A stretch of DNA of 64,000 bases from Eledone cirrhosa (lineage: Eukaryota): NCBI GenBank assembly GCA_964016885.1, contig OZ024741.1, positions 97,464,001 through 97,528,000 of the forward strand, read 5' to 3'. This document shows positions 1-14,330 of this stretch, piece after piece (positions within the stretch are counted from its first letter, which is position 1; each line of letters begins with the position of its first letter). A program made the position numbers and the translations under genes. The notes under the pieces are model-generated. The model was given only the letters and a program-made list of their open reading frames with translations, did not search any database and had not been told where the DNA came from.

Positions 1-1400
1 CCTCTATTGGATCGATGTGAGGGAGACTGTCTTTCTCCCAATTATTATCCTCATTTAGTAGCCTTTCGTAGTGACACTTCCAAGCTACCTTCTTATCAAC
101 GTCAGTGAGGCAAGTACACCATCATCATTAAGGACACACTTCTCCCCGACAATATCACGATTTTCCTTGACACCTTGCCTAGAAATCCTGAACACCTCAC
201 GTTTTTGGTCCTCGCGTTGTAGAACATGCTTGAACTTTCTTTCCTCTGCTTCCCTTCTTGCGAAGTACACTTGTATCCTAGCTTCCCTCCTGGCCACTTG
301 ATAGTCTTCTCTACTTCCCCCATCCCGCCATGCTTTCCAAGCCTGCTTTTTGGCCTTGATTGACCCCTCCACCTTACTGTTCCACCACCAAGTTACTCTC
401 CTCCTGCCTATAGATCTGCTCCAGCCACAGATTTCATCTGTCGCCTTCAGCAGGTTAGCTTTCAGGAATTCCCACTGTTCCTCTATATTGTACGACTCTA
501 ATTGCACTACCTTACTATCAAAAGCATCAAGTAATATGCTTTTAAATTTATTACTGGCTGTGGGGTCCTTTAGCTTCCATATTTTTCTCCTGAGGATAGT
601 CCTCTTCTGTTGTCGAGTACGTCTCGTCCTGACTATGAGGTCACTAATTATGAGTCTATCTTGAGAGGTGCATTCTTCATGGTGGAGGGATTTAGTGTTT
701 ACAACAGACACTCTGTCACGTCTTCTGGTAAGGATATAATCTACCTGGCTGGTGTGTTCCCCTGATCTATAGGTGATCAAGTGATTGTCTCGTTTTTTGA
801 AGTTAGTGTTACAGATAGTTACGTTATTTGCGTCACACAATTCCAGGATTCTGGAGCCTTCCTCATTTCTAGTACCAAATCCATAGCCTCCATGGATTAA
901 GCCATAGCCGTCACAATGTTCTCCAACGTGACCATTTAGGTCGCCAGCGATAACTATGTAGTCACTGTCGGTTATTTGGGAGGTAGGGAGCATTAACGTC
1001 TCATCGAATCTGTCTTTTATAACGCCGGGCAGTTTGGATTGTGGTGCTTATGCAGATATTATTGTCACGGTAGTTCTATTGAGGACAAGTCTTATTTTAA
1101 TTATTTTGTCTTTCACTCTATTTACGTCTATTATCTTATCTGCCCACTTTTCTGCTACCATGAAACCTACTCAACCCAGCCCATTGTCATTTCCCACCCA
1201 GAAAAGCTTATAGCATTGTTCTTTACCCACAATGAATCTAGCAGACCCAACCCTCCACCTGGTCTCTTGAATACAGCAAACATCGACCTCATTACGTTCA
1301 AGCATTTCTACAACTTCGTTAGAGCGACCTTTTAAGGTGCCTACATTCATGGTACCAACTCTGAAGTTTGGGATTGCGTTTGGAGGGTGGGAACGGTGGG
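1..1400 (-). mobile_element. RTE-clade LINE fragment, APE endonuclease region (degenerate; runs off the window)
   Basis: ORF 85-993 has IAGDLNGHVG, GYGFGTRNEEGSRILELC, NTNFKKR, SQVDYIL and WWWN. The upstream minus frame continues GTMNVGTL...VCCIQETRW...ISA*APQ with stops. Confidence 0.85.
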
Positions 1401-1669
1401 GCGCAGGGAGGGAGATGGGGTCGTGTTACCCATCCGCGGCCGAAATAAAGAGGCGGAGTTCTTGCATTCTCGTCCGGCAGCATGATGTGAATTTGTCTTT
1501 ATCTTTGGCATTGTCACTGAATGTCCAGATTTTTTCTTCTTTTCAAACTCTCCAGAATTCCGTAGTCCATCTATCATATCGAAAGGCAACCAGGTCTAAA
1601 CTTAAGTGATAGCATAGGCCGCTGACTTATGATTGGCCCACGTAATAATGGTGGTGAGTTTTATATGGG

Positions 1670-1925
1670 GCGAGAAGGTTTAAATAAAATCCTTGAATTT
1701 TGGGCATAATTTAACAAGCATAAAAAATACAAGAAGATTGTTTTGAAAAATACGATAGAATTATCGAATAGCATTAAAAAAGCAAAGATTGGATTCTGGG
1801 CGAAATGATACAGATAGATGAATGGACCAGGGAATAAAAAATGGAGAGAAGAGTGAAGAAATAGCTAGAAATAGCGAGAAGGTTTAAATAAAATCCTCGA
1901 ATTTTGGGCATAATTTAACAAGCAT
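1670..1925. repeat. ~52 bp direct repeat pair (1670-1720 and 1874-1925)
   Basis: gcgagaaggtttaaataaaatcc(t)(t/c)gaattttgggcataatttaacaagcat occurs twice. Confidence 0.8.
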
Positions 1926-2109
1926 TAAATAATATATATACAAATGAATATATTATTGGGATAAACACTGATACAAGTATATATGTGTTCGTATTGCAAA
2001 TGACCAGGTTAGCTAGATTGTAAAATACTAATTAAAATAATACGGTTTGCTTGTCTCGATTTATAATAATAAATCAATATAAATCAATATATGCAAAGTT
2101 TATAACTCT

Positions 2110-2236
<127 letters not shown>

Positions 2237-2438
2237 AATATAATGTCCAGTTACTGTAGGTTCACCAGATTGAGCACGCGATATGTAGTTACCACAGCAG
2301 AGGTCCGACGAGTTTTTGAAGCCAGAGTCGGGCTAGATCTATACAGATTCAACCTTCAATTGATCAATAGCGAAACGCGCATCACTACTCAATAAACGGA
2401 ATGATGACATAACAAATCGCGCTTTTCATTATATATGT

Positions 2439-2832
2439 ATATTGTTATACTTTGGGAGGGTCATACTGTCAATAAAAACACATGCACCTGTTAGTTTTCA
2501 CTTCAATGTATTATAAGCTTCCGGTTTGTTGGTTGGTTCAATAACCGGAAGGTTGTTTGCATATTGTCAAAGCTCTTTCGATACACATTCTGTGACCTCT
2601 TAGTAACTAGGTTTTTATTATGTGTCTCTTCTTTGTCCGGTCCTACACCATCTTGTTTTTGGTTGTTGTGTTTTGTGCTTAGTTTGCACTTGCGTTACAT
2701 ACGGGTGAAAATCCAACAGGTGCGTGCGTTTTTATTGGTAGCATGACCCTCCCAAAGTATAACGATATCTCTTTCAACACACGTTTTCAGATAAGAAATT
2801 TTGCAAAACAAATTCAAAAACAAAGTGTGTAC
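2439..2832 (+). mobile_element. Short fold-back element with one-sided tail in (TA)n; same family as 42678-42996
   Basis: Arms 2439-2500 and 2705-2768 (ttgttatactttgggagggtcat / atgaccctcccaaagtataac). Tail 2769-2832 resembles 42949-42996. Confidence 0.7.
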
Positions 2833-2878
2833 ATATATATATATACATATATACATATATATATTTCATATTAATATA

Positions 2879-3068
2879 ATTGTTTCTACTTTTGGCACAA
2901 GGCCATCAATTACCCAGTGCATTACTGGTACTTTATTTTATCGACCCCGTAAGGATGAAAGGCAAAGTTAACCTCGGCGGGATTTGAACTCAGATCATAC
3001 AGGGAGGTAACTCTATGCTTCAAAGCATGGCGTCCGACCCTCTACCGATACTGCCAATTCACCGCCTT
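2879..3068 (-). mobile_element. tRNA-derived SINE, full length
   Basis: Reverse complement has A-box-like tggcagtatcggt, B box gagttcaaatccc, core tttgcctttcatccttacggggtcgataaaataaagtacc and end ggccttgtgccaaaagtagaaaca. Confidence 0.9.
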
Positions 3069-5489
3069 TAATTAATATTTCATATTAATATAATGATCAT
3101 TCCTAAGGGAATATATTTCTGTTTTAAAAAATATTGTTTACTATTCAAAATAATTCACATAATGTTTTTACTATTTCTATCTCACATAGCCACTTCTTCC
3201 TCTTTCTATCCAGTTAAAACGAAAATAAATTCACATTTGAACGCTAACACATACACGCCCAAAACGCAGTCACATAAATACATAGACAATGACACAAACA
3301 CTTTAAAGTAATGTAAGCATTCAAGAAGGCGCTAGACAGCCATTTAACATACTAATTATGTTTTAATAATACTTAAATCAGCAACACACTCACAAAAGTA
3401 GTCTTGTATTAGAGTCGTCTGTCAAGCTCCGCTATGTCGAGAGGGTGAAGACTGACTATTAGTTCAAACTGAATTCATTTTATCATAGTTATGTGAAATG
3501 AAGCTTTGTCTGATCTAATCATAAATAACGCCAATCCAAAAATAGAAGCCTGAACCAGAGAGTATCATTAATATGTCTATTTACAAGCTGAATCAATTGC
3601 TGAATTTAGAATTTAGAACAGTAAAATTTAGAATAGCAAGTTTAAGAATTCGAAATTATTTAATTTCTCCTGAAAGAATTATGTCTATTGCTTTCTCCTT
3701 ATTTTATGAATATTATATATAGTATCGTATCGTATATGGTGTATTAATTATATTTCAATGATGCATCACACTATTTAACCTAAATGAGTTCTTGATATTT
3801 TCATTGTATTTAGATAAATAAATGCATTGCTTTTTACAAGAAACATGTTGTTCCTGTGGTTATTTAGATCAGGCTCACCTTGATCTATCACATATCCAGC
3901 TATGACCACACCATTTGTTTTCCATGAGTAGTAAACATATCGATGCAGCTTATATCATGAGCCTGATCAATTATACCTCGTTGTCTGGTATCAATGTTTA
4001 GAATATTATAAATCAACGTGGATGTAATATAATGTCTGTAAAGCTGTTTTTCATGTGATACTGTTGTTCTAAATGTCCTAGTGCAAATAGTTTGAGAGGA
4101 TTAATTTGTAGAGCATTGGCTGTACTGATTAGTGTATCTTAAATAACGTCGTTCAAACTTTAAACACTATCTTGCTTTTCACGATTCTGTGGTTGATAAA
4201 ATTCGCATTAATTTGATTATTGTAGAAAGAAAATTACAAATGATCAAAACGATTGTTGTATGGCAAGCATAGTAGAGATCAAAGTAAGATAGACTGAGTA
4301 ATATAATTAAATCACTACAGTCCAGGAGTTTAAATCACATTCTCGCTTATCATTATCATATATATTAATGAGATATGTTTAATAATTTAAAGTCAAATAT
4401 TGGAAGTTTAAAATGATGTTTAAAAAAAATTACATATTAATTTGGAATTTTCAAACATAATAATATTGAGTTCAAAATTCACCGGGTTCACATTGTCTTT
4501 CAGACTTTCAGAGATACATGAAGAACATTACGTGCGTCACGGGTTTAAATGGTAAAATGTGTAAGATATTAGTTGAGCTTCATTGCGGTCTTTGTTCTTG
4601 GCATTTGCGTTACATTGGAAGACTTGATCCGTCACCCATTTTATTAGAACCACCTGGCCTTTGATTCTTTTAGCCGCACCTTTGCTGCATGCACTCGATT
4701 CAGGTGTCCGGAAGGAGGATATTTATCTCCATTTTCGCACTCGTCTCTGGGGCTCTTAAACGTCATGAGCATTGTCACTCCCACACTGAATAAAGACAAT
4801 TCTTTTTACATAATTCTCACATGTAAGATTTTGGTAGTAAATGTAATGTGTATAACTACCGTTCTGCATTTTGAATAGGTTTCAATTCGTATTTATATGA
4901 AATACTAGCCATCAGGAAGTTCAATTGCATCAATTTATGTGTATTCCACTTACAGGAGTAGAATTTATATAATACTCAAAGAATCATACGTCGGCATCAC
5001 AAGCAACACTGATTATACAATTTCAATCGCAAAACTTTGCTTGACTTCAGTCTATTGTAGAAGATATTTGATGAAGGAGCAATGGTATATGAACAGAGAT
5101 CTCATGATGACAGGCAGGATATCTTAATGGTACGAACGCAATGCGTCCATTTACCATAAATACCAGTAATGTACTAAGATAGCATTCAGGTAACTAGGCA
5201 TTGTACCTAAATCTTGGCTCTGACTTGAAAGGAAAAATGTTGTTAGTAGTGGATAGGATAGTACTGAGTACATAGAGACGGGCAGAAAATATGGTACAAT
5301 CTCGGTCTGTTTTAATCGGAGGCCATCCCTATGTAACTGGCTGTGGCCCTTGCAAAACCAGTAAAATAATTATGTACCCCAACCACACCTGCGAGCCTCT
5401 TCCCTCCAGTGCAGGTAGCCAGTAACCTCCATTGCTACCAACGCCGCGACGGGGATAAAGAACTGCACAATAATCAATAATTGGTTGAT

Positions 5490-5741
5490 TTCAAGAGAAG
5501 AGGGATGCAGTTTGTGGGTGCTCTTGGAGCGTTGATCAGTTCTATGGTTCTGAGTCACCCTTCTATGGTTCTCTTCTTTTCTGGGGAATTATCATTGTTG
5601 TAATTCTTTTTGTTTATTGTTATTACGCGATTACTTTCTTTTATTTATGTCTTATTACTCGATTTTATTGTAAATTCACATTTTCAGTCTTCATTTTATC
5701 GTCCCCTATATATATGCTCTTGTTGCCAATAAATATATTAT
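5490..5741 (+). mobile_element. Probable diverged Tx1-like LINE 3' UTR fragment
   Basis: ggggaattatcattgttg ... cttgttgccaataaatatattatt resembles the Tx1 3' ends at 10860-11012 and 26700-26849. Confidence 0.4.
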
Positions 5742-5749
5742 TCTTTTTC

Positions 5750-7052
5750 TTTTTTAGTCTCAGTCATTGACCTTATTTAACTGGAAAGTTTGTTCAAATG
5801 AATATCAAGCCGCTACGTGCAACCTCAGATATTCTGGACGTATCGGAGGGTTCTTGCTGTTCCCAGCAGGGCATGTCTTTTGAAGTGTTCCGAAAAAGCG
5901 GGGCTGGACTAATCTTCTTTAGCCTACTTTGAAAACTCTTTGACATAGTACCTAGTGCGCCTATGGCAATCGGGACCACTCTGACTTCATGGCAGTTCCA
6001 AATCCTTTGTAACTCAAACTTTAAATCCTGGTATTGGTTTTTCCCCCTTCTTTTCTTGCACTCTCGTGTCAAAGGGGCAGGCAACATTTACAATCAGGCA
6101 CGATCTTTTTTCAAAAACCACCTGGTCAGGCCTATTGTGTTCTAATTTCTTGTCCGTCTGTACCCTGAAATCGCATAGCACCTTCACTTGATCATTTTCT
6201 ATCACCGACTCTGGCTTATGCTCATACCACTTCTCAGAATGTGGTAAATTGTTTAGTTTGCATAGATGCCAGTGGAACACCCTGCCTATCATATCATGTC
6301 TCCAGCCTTTATAGTGAGTCAGGGCTAGGTGTTTACACTCGGATACAATTTGAGCCACAGTTACCTCTCTCTCTATTTCCACAGATCCTACACAGTGAGC
6401 TAGCCGCCTCCTTATCAATATGGTGTTTCACCCACTTCGTTCTGAGGGCTTGCTCTTGCGCAGCCATTAGCATTCCTTCTGTAGCCTTTTTAAGGTCTCC
6501 TCTTTTTAACCAGTTCCATGTCTGTGGATCTCTAACTTTCGTTTTCTTAAAGAAGCTGCTATCAAGGGATTTTTCATGAAGGTTGCTCTTCCTCCTTGTT
6601 ATTTCCTCCTTAGACATCCCCTGTACATTCTCCTTCAATACAACTTTGAGCATTGGCTCCCTACTGTCAGCTACATATCTGGGCAGGCTGTTTTTCTCCA
6701 TCTGACGACAGTCCTCTATGCTGATAAGACCTCTTCACCTTCAGATCTCTTTAAGTAGAGACTATCAACATCACTCTTCTTGTGTAACATGTAGATAGTC
6801 ATTAGCTTCCTGGTTTTACTATCCATTTCTTTTTGTTCATCAACATTCCATTTCAGAATTCCCGCACTGTACCTAATAATAGACACAGCTCGGGAATTTA
6901 CTGCACTTATGACATTCCTATGATTTAGATGTGATTTGAGTATGTTCCTTACTCTCCTTATGTATTCAGATCTTATCAATTCACTCATTTTTTGGTTCTT
7001 GATGTCATCTACCTCCAGAATACCTAAATATTTGTATCCCTCTTCAGTGTCA
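5750..7052 (-). mobile_element. R4/Dong-like RLE non-LTR retrotransposon, family B, 5'-truncated and frameshifted
   Basis: Motifs MLMAAQEQALRT, CRICG...HI, RHD, RPD..V...LIVNVACPFD and VVPIAIGALG. The 5' end abuts (ATT)n. Confidence 0.9.
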
Positions 7053-7072
7053 AATTATTATTATTATTATTA

Positions 7073-7286
7073 TTCTTTGAGTCTCAGTCATTGATGTTAT
7101 TTAACTGGAAAGTTTGTTGAAATGAATATCAAGCGACTACCTGCAGGCTCAGACATTCAGGACGTATCGGAGGGTTCTTGCTGTTCCCGGCAAGCATGCC
7201 TTTTGAAGTGTTCCAAAAAGCGGGGCTGGACTAATCTTCTTTAACCATCATTGGAAACTCTTTGAGATAGTACCTAGTGCGCCTAT
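7073..7286 (-). mobile_element. Dong-like family B, ~210 bp 3'-terminal fragment
   Basis: Near-identical to 5757-5965 and 11645-11835; flanked by (ATT)n on both sides. Confidence 0.85.
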
Positions 7287-7307
7287 TTATTTTTATTATT
7301 ATTATTA

Positions 7308-7390
7308 TGTGGATCCTTACTGGGTCGATAACATAAAGCACCGGTAATACACTGGGATAATTGCTGGCTTTTTGCCAAAAGTAGAAAAAA
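7308..7390 (+). mobile_element. SINE 3' fragment in (ATT)n
   Basis: atccttactgggtcgataac...ttgccaaaagtagaaa. Confidence 0.8.
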
Positions 7391-7412
7391 TTATAATAAT
7401 TATTATTATTAT

Positions 7413-10314
7413 TACAGCTGCATTTATCTTGCTCTATGTTCATACGAGTTATCAGTAAGTCACAACCAGTGACCTCAAGAGACAACAAGGTCCGCCATGT
7501 TCAAGAAAGAACAGACACACACACATGCATCTTTAGGTCTTTGGACTTGTGATGTACTAATATTGACAGAATCTTCCTTAGTATATGGGCAGTTCCCATT
7601 AGTACTATCTTTTGTATTTCTCCTATACGCGGGTTTCCCTGGGATTTGAGATAAGTAATCATTAAACCCTTTAGGTATCATTCCTAGAGCGCCTACAACC
7701 ACTGGTAGGGTTTTAGTTATCAATTTCCACATTTTTCAAATTTCTATCTCCAGGTCTCAATTTTTCAAATGTTTTTATAGATACCTTCTTGTCTATTGGA
7801 GCGGACATATCAATTAGCAGCCATACCCTCTTTTTAAAGTCCTTCAGTATTATATCAGGTCTATTTGCATCTATTTTTCGGTCTGTTTGGAAGCTTAAGT
7901 TCCACTAGATTGAGATGTAAACTTTTTCAAGTACGGGAGGTGGTTATGCTCCCACAAATTCTTTTGATGGGGCAGGTCAAAATACTTACACATTATCCAA
8001 TGTATGTATTGTGCAGCTCTCTAATGCCTGTTTAGGTATTCGCTTGGAGCTATAGGACTGCACTTTGAAATTATATGATCAATGGTCTCTGGTTGTTTTT
8101 TACATACACGGCATAATGGTTTGCATCCATTCTTTATTATGTTGGCTTGATAATTGTTTGTTGGCAGACACTGATCTTGTGCTGATATAATCAGTCCTTC
8201 AGTCTCCAATTTCAGTCCAGAGGATGCCAACTGCTGATCGGTTAAAGTTTTGTCAACATCAGGAATGTTAGCTCTTTCTTGGTATTTTCCATACAGTGGC
8301 TTTTCTTGCCATTTCTTAGCCAGTTTCTGTAGCAGTACTTTCTTTACAGTTACATTTACCTGCTTTGCTTTTTCAGTGGTCTTCATTTCAGCAGTAAATG
8401 GAACTTCTGAAATTTGTAGTTCATTACTGTATCTTTGTGCATCTTTTGTAATGGAATATGATCTTTTGAAGCTTACATGTTTTAAAACGAGTTTGATCAT
8501 CCAACATGTGATTCCCTTAGATATGTAGATAATCCAATTGTTGCAGTTTTGAAAGCAATATCTAACTGGATTAATCCCCGTCCTCCTTCTTTCCTAGGGA
8601 GATATATTCTATCTGTATCTGCCTTAGGGTGATGCATCCTGTGAAAGGTAAATAATTTTCTAATTTTTGTATCGAACCTACGGATCTCTGTGCTTGACCA
8701 GTTGATGACATTGTAAGTGTAGGTTACTACTCGTATGGCAAGCGTGTTTATGGCATCGATCCTATTCCTTGCATTCAATTCCGTTCTTAAGATTGCTCCT
8801 ACTCTGCGGTAACATTCATTCCTTATCCTTTCTCTCAGTGTCGAGTGCTTGATTCCGTCTCCTTCACAAACACCTAGATATTTGTGAGTTTCCTCTTAAT
8901 CAAGTTCTCTTATCACATTCCCCCGATCAAGATTAATGTCTGAACTACTCAGCAGCTTTTCTCTGGTGAACGTGGCTTTGGCGCATTTGCTTAGTCCAAA
9001 CTCCATTTTAATGTCATCACTGAACTGCTCCACAGTGGATAATAGCCGTTGCAATTGCTCATCATTTTTTGCAAATAGCTTCAGGTCATCCATGTAGAAC
9101 AAATGATTAATGGTTTTGTCATAGACTTTATATCCATGCTTTGTTTCATTGAGCATTTTACTTAATGGTATAAGTGCGATGCAGAATAAAAGCGGCGATA
9201 AAGAGTCACCCTGAATAATTCAACAATTAATATTAACTTCTCCAGCTTCCAGTGATTTTGTTTCACTATTCAAAAGGAGTGTCGTTTTCCATGTCCTCAT
9301 ACTGAATGACAGGAACCTCCTGACAACGGGAGATATTTTGAAAATCTCTAAACACTATTCAATCCAACTGTGTGGCAAACTATCGAATGTTTTTTTTTTA
9401 ATCTATCCAAGCAATTGATAGATTGCTGTGTCTATTATGACAATCTTCCAGTATCATATTGTTAACCAAAAGCTAATCCTTACAGCCATATGAGCCTCGT
9501 TTACACCCTTTCTGCTCATTGGGAAATATATCATTTGTTATCAGGTGGTCATATGTGTATTCAGTTAGGACTGATGTTAAAATTTTATACATTGTGGTCA
9601 AGCAAGTTATCGGTCTGTAATTTTTGGATTGTTTGTTTCATCATTCTTCGGAAGTAGGAATGCAATGCCGTTAACTAGCCATGATGGTATCTTTTCTGGC
9701 TCCTTAACCGTTTCATTGTAAAGTTGGGCTAACAATTCATGAGACTCTGTGAAGGCATTTATCCAAAAAATTGGTATTATGTCTTTCTCTGGGGATTTTC
9801 ATTTGCTGGATTTTCTAAGAGCTAAACGCAGATGTTCAACTGTTATATTTTCCCATGTTTGTTCATCAAGGTGAGTTGTATCTTTCATTTGTCTGTCTAT
9901 CCATGGGGCATGTATATTATGCACTTTTTCTTCGGCCCAGATCTTTTCCCAGAATTCTTGCACTTCCTCCTTGGGTGGTATTGATTTAGCAGTTATTGTT
10001 GACTAGCCAATTTTTCTGTAGAAGTTTCTTTGGTTGTTTTTGAACATATTATCCTTATAGAATCTAGATCGTTTTTCAAAGCGAGTAGCTTTGGCCGACA
10101 CTTTTTGCTTGATTGTTTCTATCAGCATGTCCATGTCACTTGTTGATTTTATACTGTATTTTCTTTTCAATTTTCTAAGTTTTTTTTTTTTAACATGTTC
10201 ACCTACTTTGTAGTTTGCTAACATTTCTATGTCAGATCGGAGAAGGTTTATTTGGCGATTGATGTTCTCTTGCCAAGTAGGTTTGTTGTGGGAATTCCTT
10301 TGTGGGGATTCCTC

Positions 10315-10317
<3 letters not shown>
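7413..10317 (-). mobile_element. R4/Dong-like RLE LINE, family A (RT + CCHC + RLE), degenerate
   Basis: Motifs INHLFYMDDLKL, QGDSLSPLLFCIAL, GGRGL, CRVCKKQPETIDHIISKC, RPDII..D and PVVVGALG. The 3' end gataaatgcagctg-(TAA)n is identical to the copy ending at 62003. Confidence 0.92.
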
Positions 10318-10352
<35 letters not shown>

Positions 10353-10354
<2 letters not shown>

Positions 10355-11012
10355 CGCAAGGCGACGAAACCCTCCTGCATGCACTCGTCCAGTGTCCGAG
10401 CATTTCCGACTTGTGGGTTTATTTGGAACACCTGCTGTCGCATGTAGAACGGATTCGGCTATCAGCTGAGTCCATCGTGAGGATTGCCCCGCCCTCTTCC
10501 TTTAGCCGGGAAGGGCAGGCAGTTTTTATCTGTCTGCTGGCCATGACGAAAGAGATAGTATGGTGGACGCGACTGAAAGGGCTGAAGACGAGGACTTACC
10601 TCTTCGGTGGTGCCCTGATTAACTTTTTCAAATTTCATTTGAAAAGGAAAATCAGGGTAGAGAGGGAAGTGCTCTCTTGCCAGCATTTTGTTGAAAGATG
10701 GGTGAGAGAGGCAAGAATGGCCCGAGTGAATGGAACTACTCTGAGTATATGTCCGTGAATTGACGGTGGAAAACTGGGGAGGGCACTTTCCCTGGTGGTC
10801 AGGGTCACCTTGGCTTTTTTTAATGGGCTTTCTCTACGATGGCCCGCGGACGTATCCCCCCTATTGGGGAATTTTTCATTGTTCTTTCCTTGTTACATCC
10901 TGTTTTTTTGTTTTTTAGACGCAGAAATGCCCATTTGTACCGACCTGTATTGTCCTGTACTGTCCTTAATGTCTACTTTATGTAAACCATTGTGGTTGTT
11001 TAATAAAGAAAG
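10353..11012 (+). mobile_element. Tx1/L1-like LINE 3' fragment between (ATT)n tracts
   Basis: Near-identical to 26200-26849 (QGDETLLHALVQCP...; ends aataaagaaagc-attatt). Confidence 0.9.
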
Positions 11013-11044
11013 CATTATTATTATAATTATTATTATTATTATTT

Positions 11045-11158
11045 TCTGAGTTCAAATCCCGCTGAGGTTAACTTTGCCTTTCATCCTTACAGGGTCGATA
11101 AAATAAAGTAACAGTAATACACTGGGTAATTGCTGGCCTTGTGCCAAAAGTAGAAACA
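11045..11158 (+). mobile_element. SINE, 5'-truncated
   Basis: B box, core and 3' end present, followed by (ATT)n. Confidence 0.88.
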
Positions 11159-11182
11159 ATGATTATTATTATTATTATTATT

Positions 11183-11386
11183 AGGGCGGTGAATTTGCAG
11201 TATCGGTGAATTGGCTGTATCGGTAGAGGATTGGACGTCATGCTTTCTAGCATAGTTACGTCTCTTTATGGTCTGTGTTCAAATCCCGTCGAGGTTAACT
11301 TTGCCTTTCATCCTTATGGGGTCGATAAAATAAAGTACCAGTAATGTACTGGTGAAATGCTGGCCTTGTGCCAAAAGTAGAAACAA
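11183..11386 (+). mobile_element. SINE, full length, in (ATT)n
   Basis: Complete match to the other copies, with a short 5' duplication. Confidence 0.9.
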
Positions 11387-11416
11387 TTATTATTATTATT
11401 ATTATTATTATTGTTG

Positions 11417-14330
11417 TTCTTTGAGTCTCAGTCATTGATGTTATTTAACTGGAAAGTCGGTAGGTGGATTGGCAGTATCAGTAGAGGGTCGGACGCCATT
11501 CTTTCCAGCATAGTTACGTCCCTTTACGATCTGAGTTCAAATCCCGCCGAGGTTGACTTTGCCTTTCATCCTTACGGGGTCGATAAAATAAAGTACCAGT
11601 AATGCACTGGGTAATTGCTGGCTTTGTGCCTAAGGTAGAAACAGTTATTTAACTGGAAATTTGTTGAAATGAATATCAAGCCACTACCTGCTGCCTCAGA
11701 TATTCAGGACGTATCGGAGGGTTCTTGCTGTTCCCAGCAAGCATGCCTTTTGAAGTGTTCCAAAAAGCGGGGCTGGACTAATGTTCTTTAACCATCCTTT
11801 GAAACTTTGTGAGATAGTACCTAGTGCGCCTATGACAATCGGGACCACTTTGACTTCGTGACAGTTCCAAATACTTTTCACCTCCCACTTTTAAGTTAAT
11901 TTTCTCCTTCTCCTTCTCTTGCACTCTCGTGTCGAACGGGCAGGCTACATCTACAATCAGGCACGATCTTTTTTCCTTGTCCAAAACCACCAGGTCAGGT
12001 CTATTGTTTTCCAGTTTCTTGTCCGTCTGTATCCTGAAATTCCCACAGCACCTTCACCTGATCATTTTATATCACCGACTCTGGCTTATGCTCATACTAC
12101 TTCTCAGAATGTGGTAAATTGTTTACTTTCGATAGGTGCCAGTGGAACACCCTGCCCATCACATCATGTCTCCAGCCTTTATAGTGAGTCTGAGCTAGGT
12201 TTTTACACTCGGATAGAATGTGAGCCACAGTCTCCTCTCTCTCTCCACAGATCCTACACAGTGGGCTAGCCTCCTCCTTGTAAATATGGTGTTTCACCCA
12301 CTTCGTATTGAGGGCCTTCACTTGCGCAGCCATTAGCATTCCTTCTTTAGCCTTTTTAAGGTATCCTGTTTTCAACCAGTTCCAAGTCTGTGTATCTCTA
12401 AATTCAGTTTTCTCAAAGAAGGTACTATGAAGGGATTTTTCATGAAGGGTGCTCTTCCTCCTTTTTGTTATTTCGTCCTTGGATATCCCCTGGTCTATTG
12501 TCCTCTCCTTCAGTACAATTCTGAGCATTGGCTCCCTACTATCAGTCACGTATTTGTGTAGGTTGTTTTTCTCCATCTGAATACAGTCCTCTATGCTGAT
12601 AAGACCTCTTCCACCTTCAGATCTCCTTAAGTAGATTCTATCGACATCACTCCTCTTGTGGAACATGTTGTAGATAGTCAATAGCTTCCTAGTATTCCTA
12701 TCCATTTCTTTTTGTTCAGCAACATTCCATCTCAGGAATTCTCGCACTGTACATAATAATAGACTCAGCTCGGGAATTTACTGCACTTATGACATTCCTA
12801 CTGTTTATATGTGATTTTAATACGCTCCTTACTCTCCGGATGTACTCAGATCTTATCAATTCCTTCATTTTTTTGTTCTTGATGTCATCTGCCTCCTGAA
12901 CACCTAAATATTTGAATCCATCTTCAGTGTCAATTTCCTTTATCATCTCACCTGTTGGAACCTGGATTCCGTTGCTTCAGTTCAATTTACCCCTCTTCAT
13001 CATTAGGACTCCACACTTACTAATACGAAATTGCTTACATATATCATTGCTGAAAATACGGACATTGTCAACAAACACATACAACTCCCTCTCACTCTTC
13101 CCGAAGAGCTTAAGATCGTCCATGAAGAGGAGCTGATTGATGGTAAGCTCTCCATTTGTCAACTTGTATCCTGCTCTCACTTTTCGCACTATAAAGGGGT
13201 ATCAGCGCAAGGACAAACAACAGAGGGGACAAACTATCTCCCTGGAAGATACCCCTCTTGATCTTAACGCCTCCCAAGGATTCTCCACCCGATGTAAACT
13301 CTGTTTTCCAGGACTTCAGACTTTTGCTCAACAACTGTCTGATGTTATCTGCCACCTTGAAGATCTCTAGGCTTTTGGTTATCCAAGAATGAGGTACCAT
13401 GTCGAATGCCTTTTTGTAGTCTATCTATCCCATGGCAAGACCAGTGTGTCTCCTATTGCAATTCCTCATTACCATCTTATCAATAAGTAACTGGTCGTTT
13501 GTACCACGGGACTTCTTTCGGCATCCTTCCTGTTCGTCCGGTAAGTTGTTTATGTGGAGATGATGGTGGATTTCCTCATACACAATGCTTGTTAACAGTT
13601 TCCACATTACGGACAGACATGTGATAGGTCTATAGTTGGTAACATCGTTACCCTTGATTCGGTCTTTCATTACCATAACTGTGGAACCTCTTGTCAACCA
13701 CTCTGGTACATCACCTGACATCAAGCTGTCATTGAATATGGTTGTCAGTTTCGGGTGGAGGGATGTTATATTTTTAATCCAATACCCCTGCACACCATCT
13801 GGGCCTGGTGATTTCCAGTTGGTTAGTTTTTTGGCCTGCCCCTTAAGAGTTTCAACTGTGATACTCAAATCAGTTTGTTGGTGTGCCTGTTCACTTAACT
13901 CCTTCTGTACTGTCTCAATCCACACTGCCTGATCATTATGTTTAACACCCTGCTACCATATTACTCTCCAGAATGTCTTAGTCTGTTCCGCCTCAGGGAT
14001 CAAGTCGTTGCCTCTTTCTTTCCATTCAAGCTGTCAAAAAAACATCTTCTGGTTGTTGTCAAACATGCGGTTCTGTCTATACTGACTCTACTCTCAAATC
14101 GTCTAATCTTTGCACTCTTTGCTACAATGCGTTGCTTCAGGTCCTCTATGATAATATTTTTCCTCCTAGTTTTGTACTTTATTTCCAGTCTATTTTTAGT
14201 GTCTATGTTTTGTAGTGTCCCATTCAGTAGGGATTCAAGCTTTCCAATGTGATTTCTCATTTCCCTGATTTGACTATTCAGTCGTTTCTTCTGATCTTTC
14301 TTGTTTGTTGTTTCCTCTCGCTTTTATTTT
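11417..14330 (-). mobile_element. Dong-like family B long copy (RT + RLE), interrupted near its 3' end by a SINE
   Basis: Motifs NWKSPGPDGVQGYWIK, NYRPITCL, QGDSLSPLLF, LLFMDDLKL, CRICGEREETVAHILSEC and LIVDVACPFD. Confidence 0.92.
11456..11643 (+). mobile_element. SINE with 16 bp target-site duplication
   Basis: TSD gttatttaactggaaa at 11440-11455 and 11644-11659. Confidence 0.92.

Noticed and set aside
4560-4800. GC-richer patch, possible LINE C-terminal relic or exon
   Set aside because: Only a faint GHLNR similarity, which cannot be assigned.
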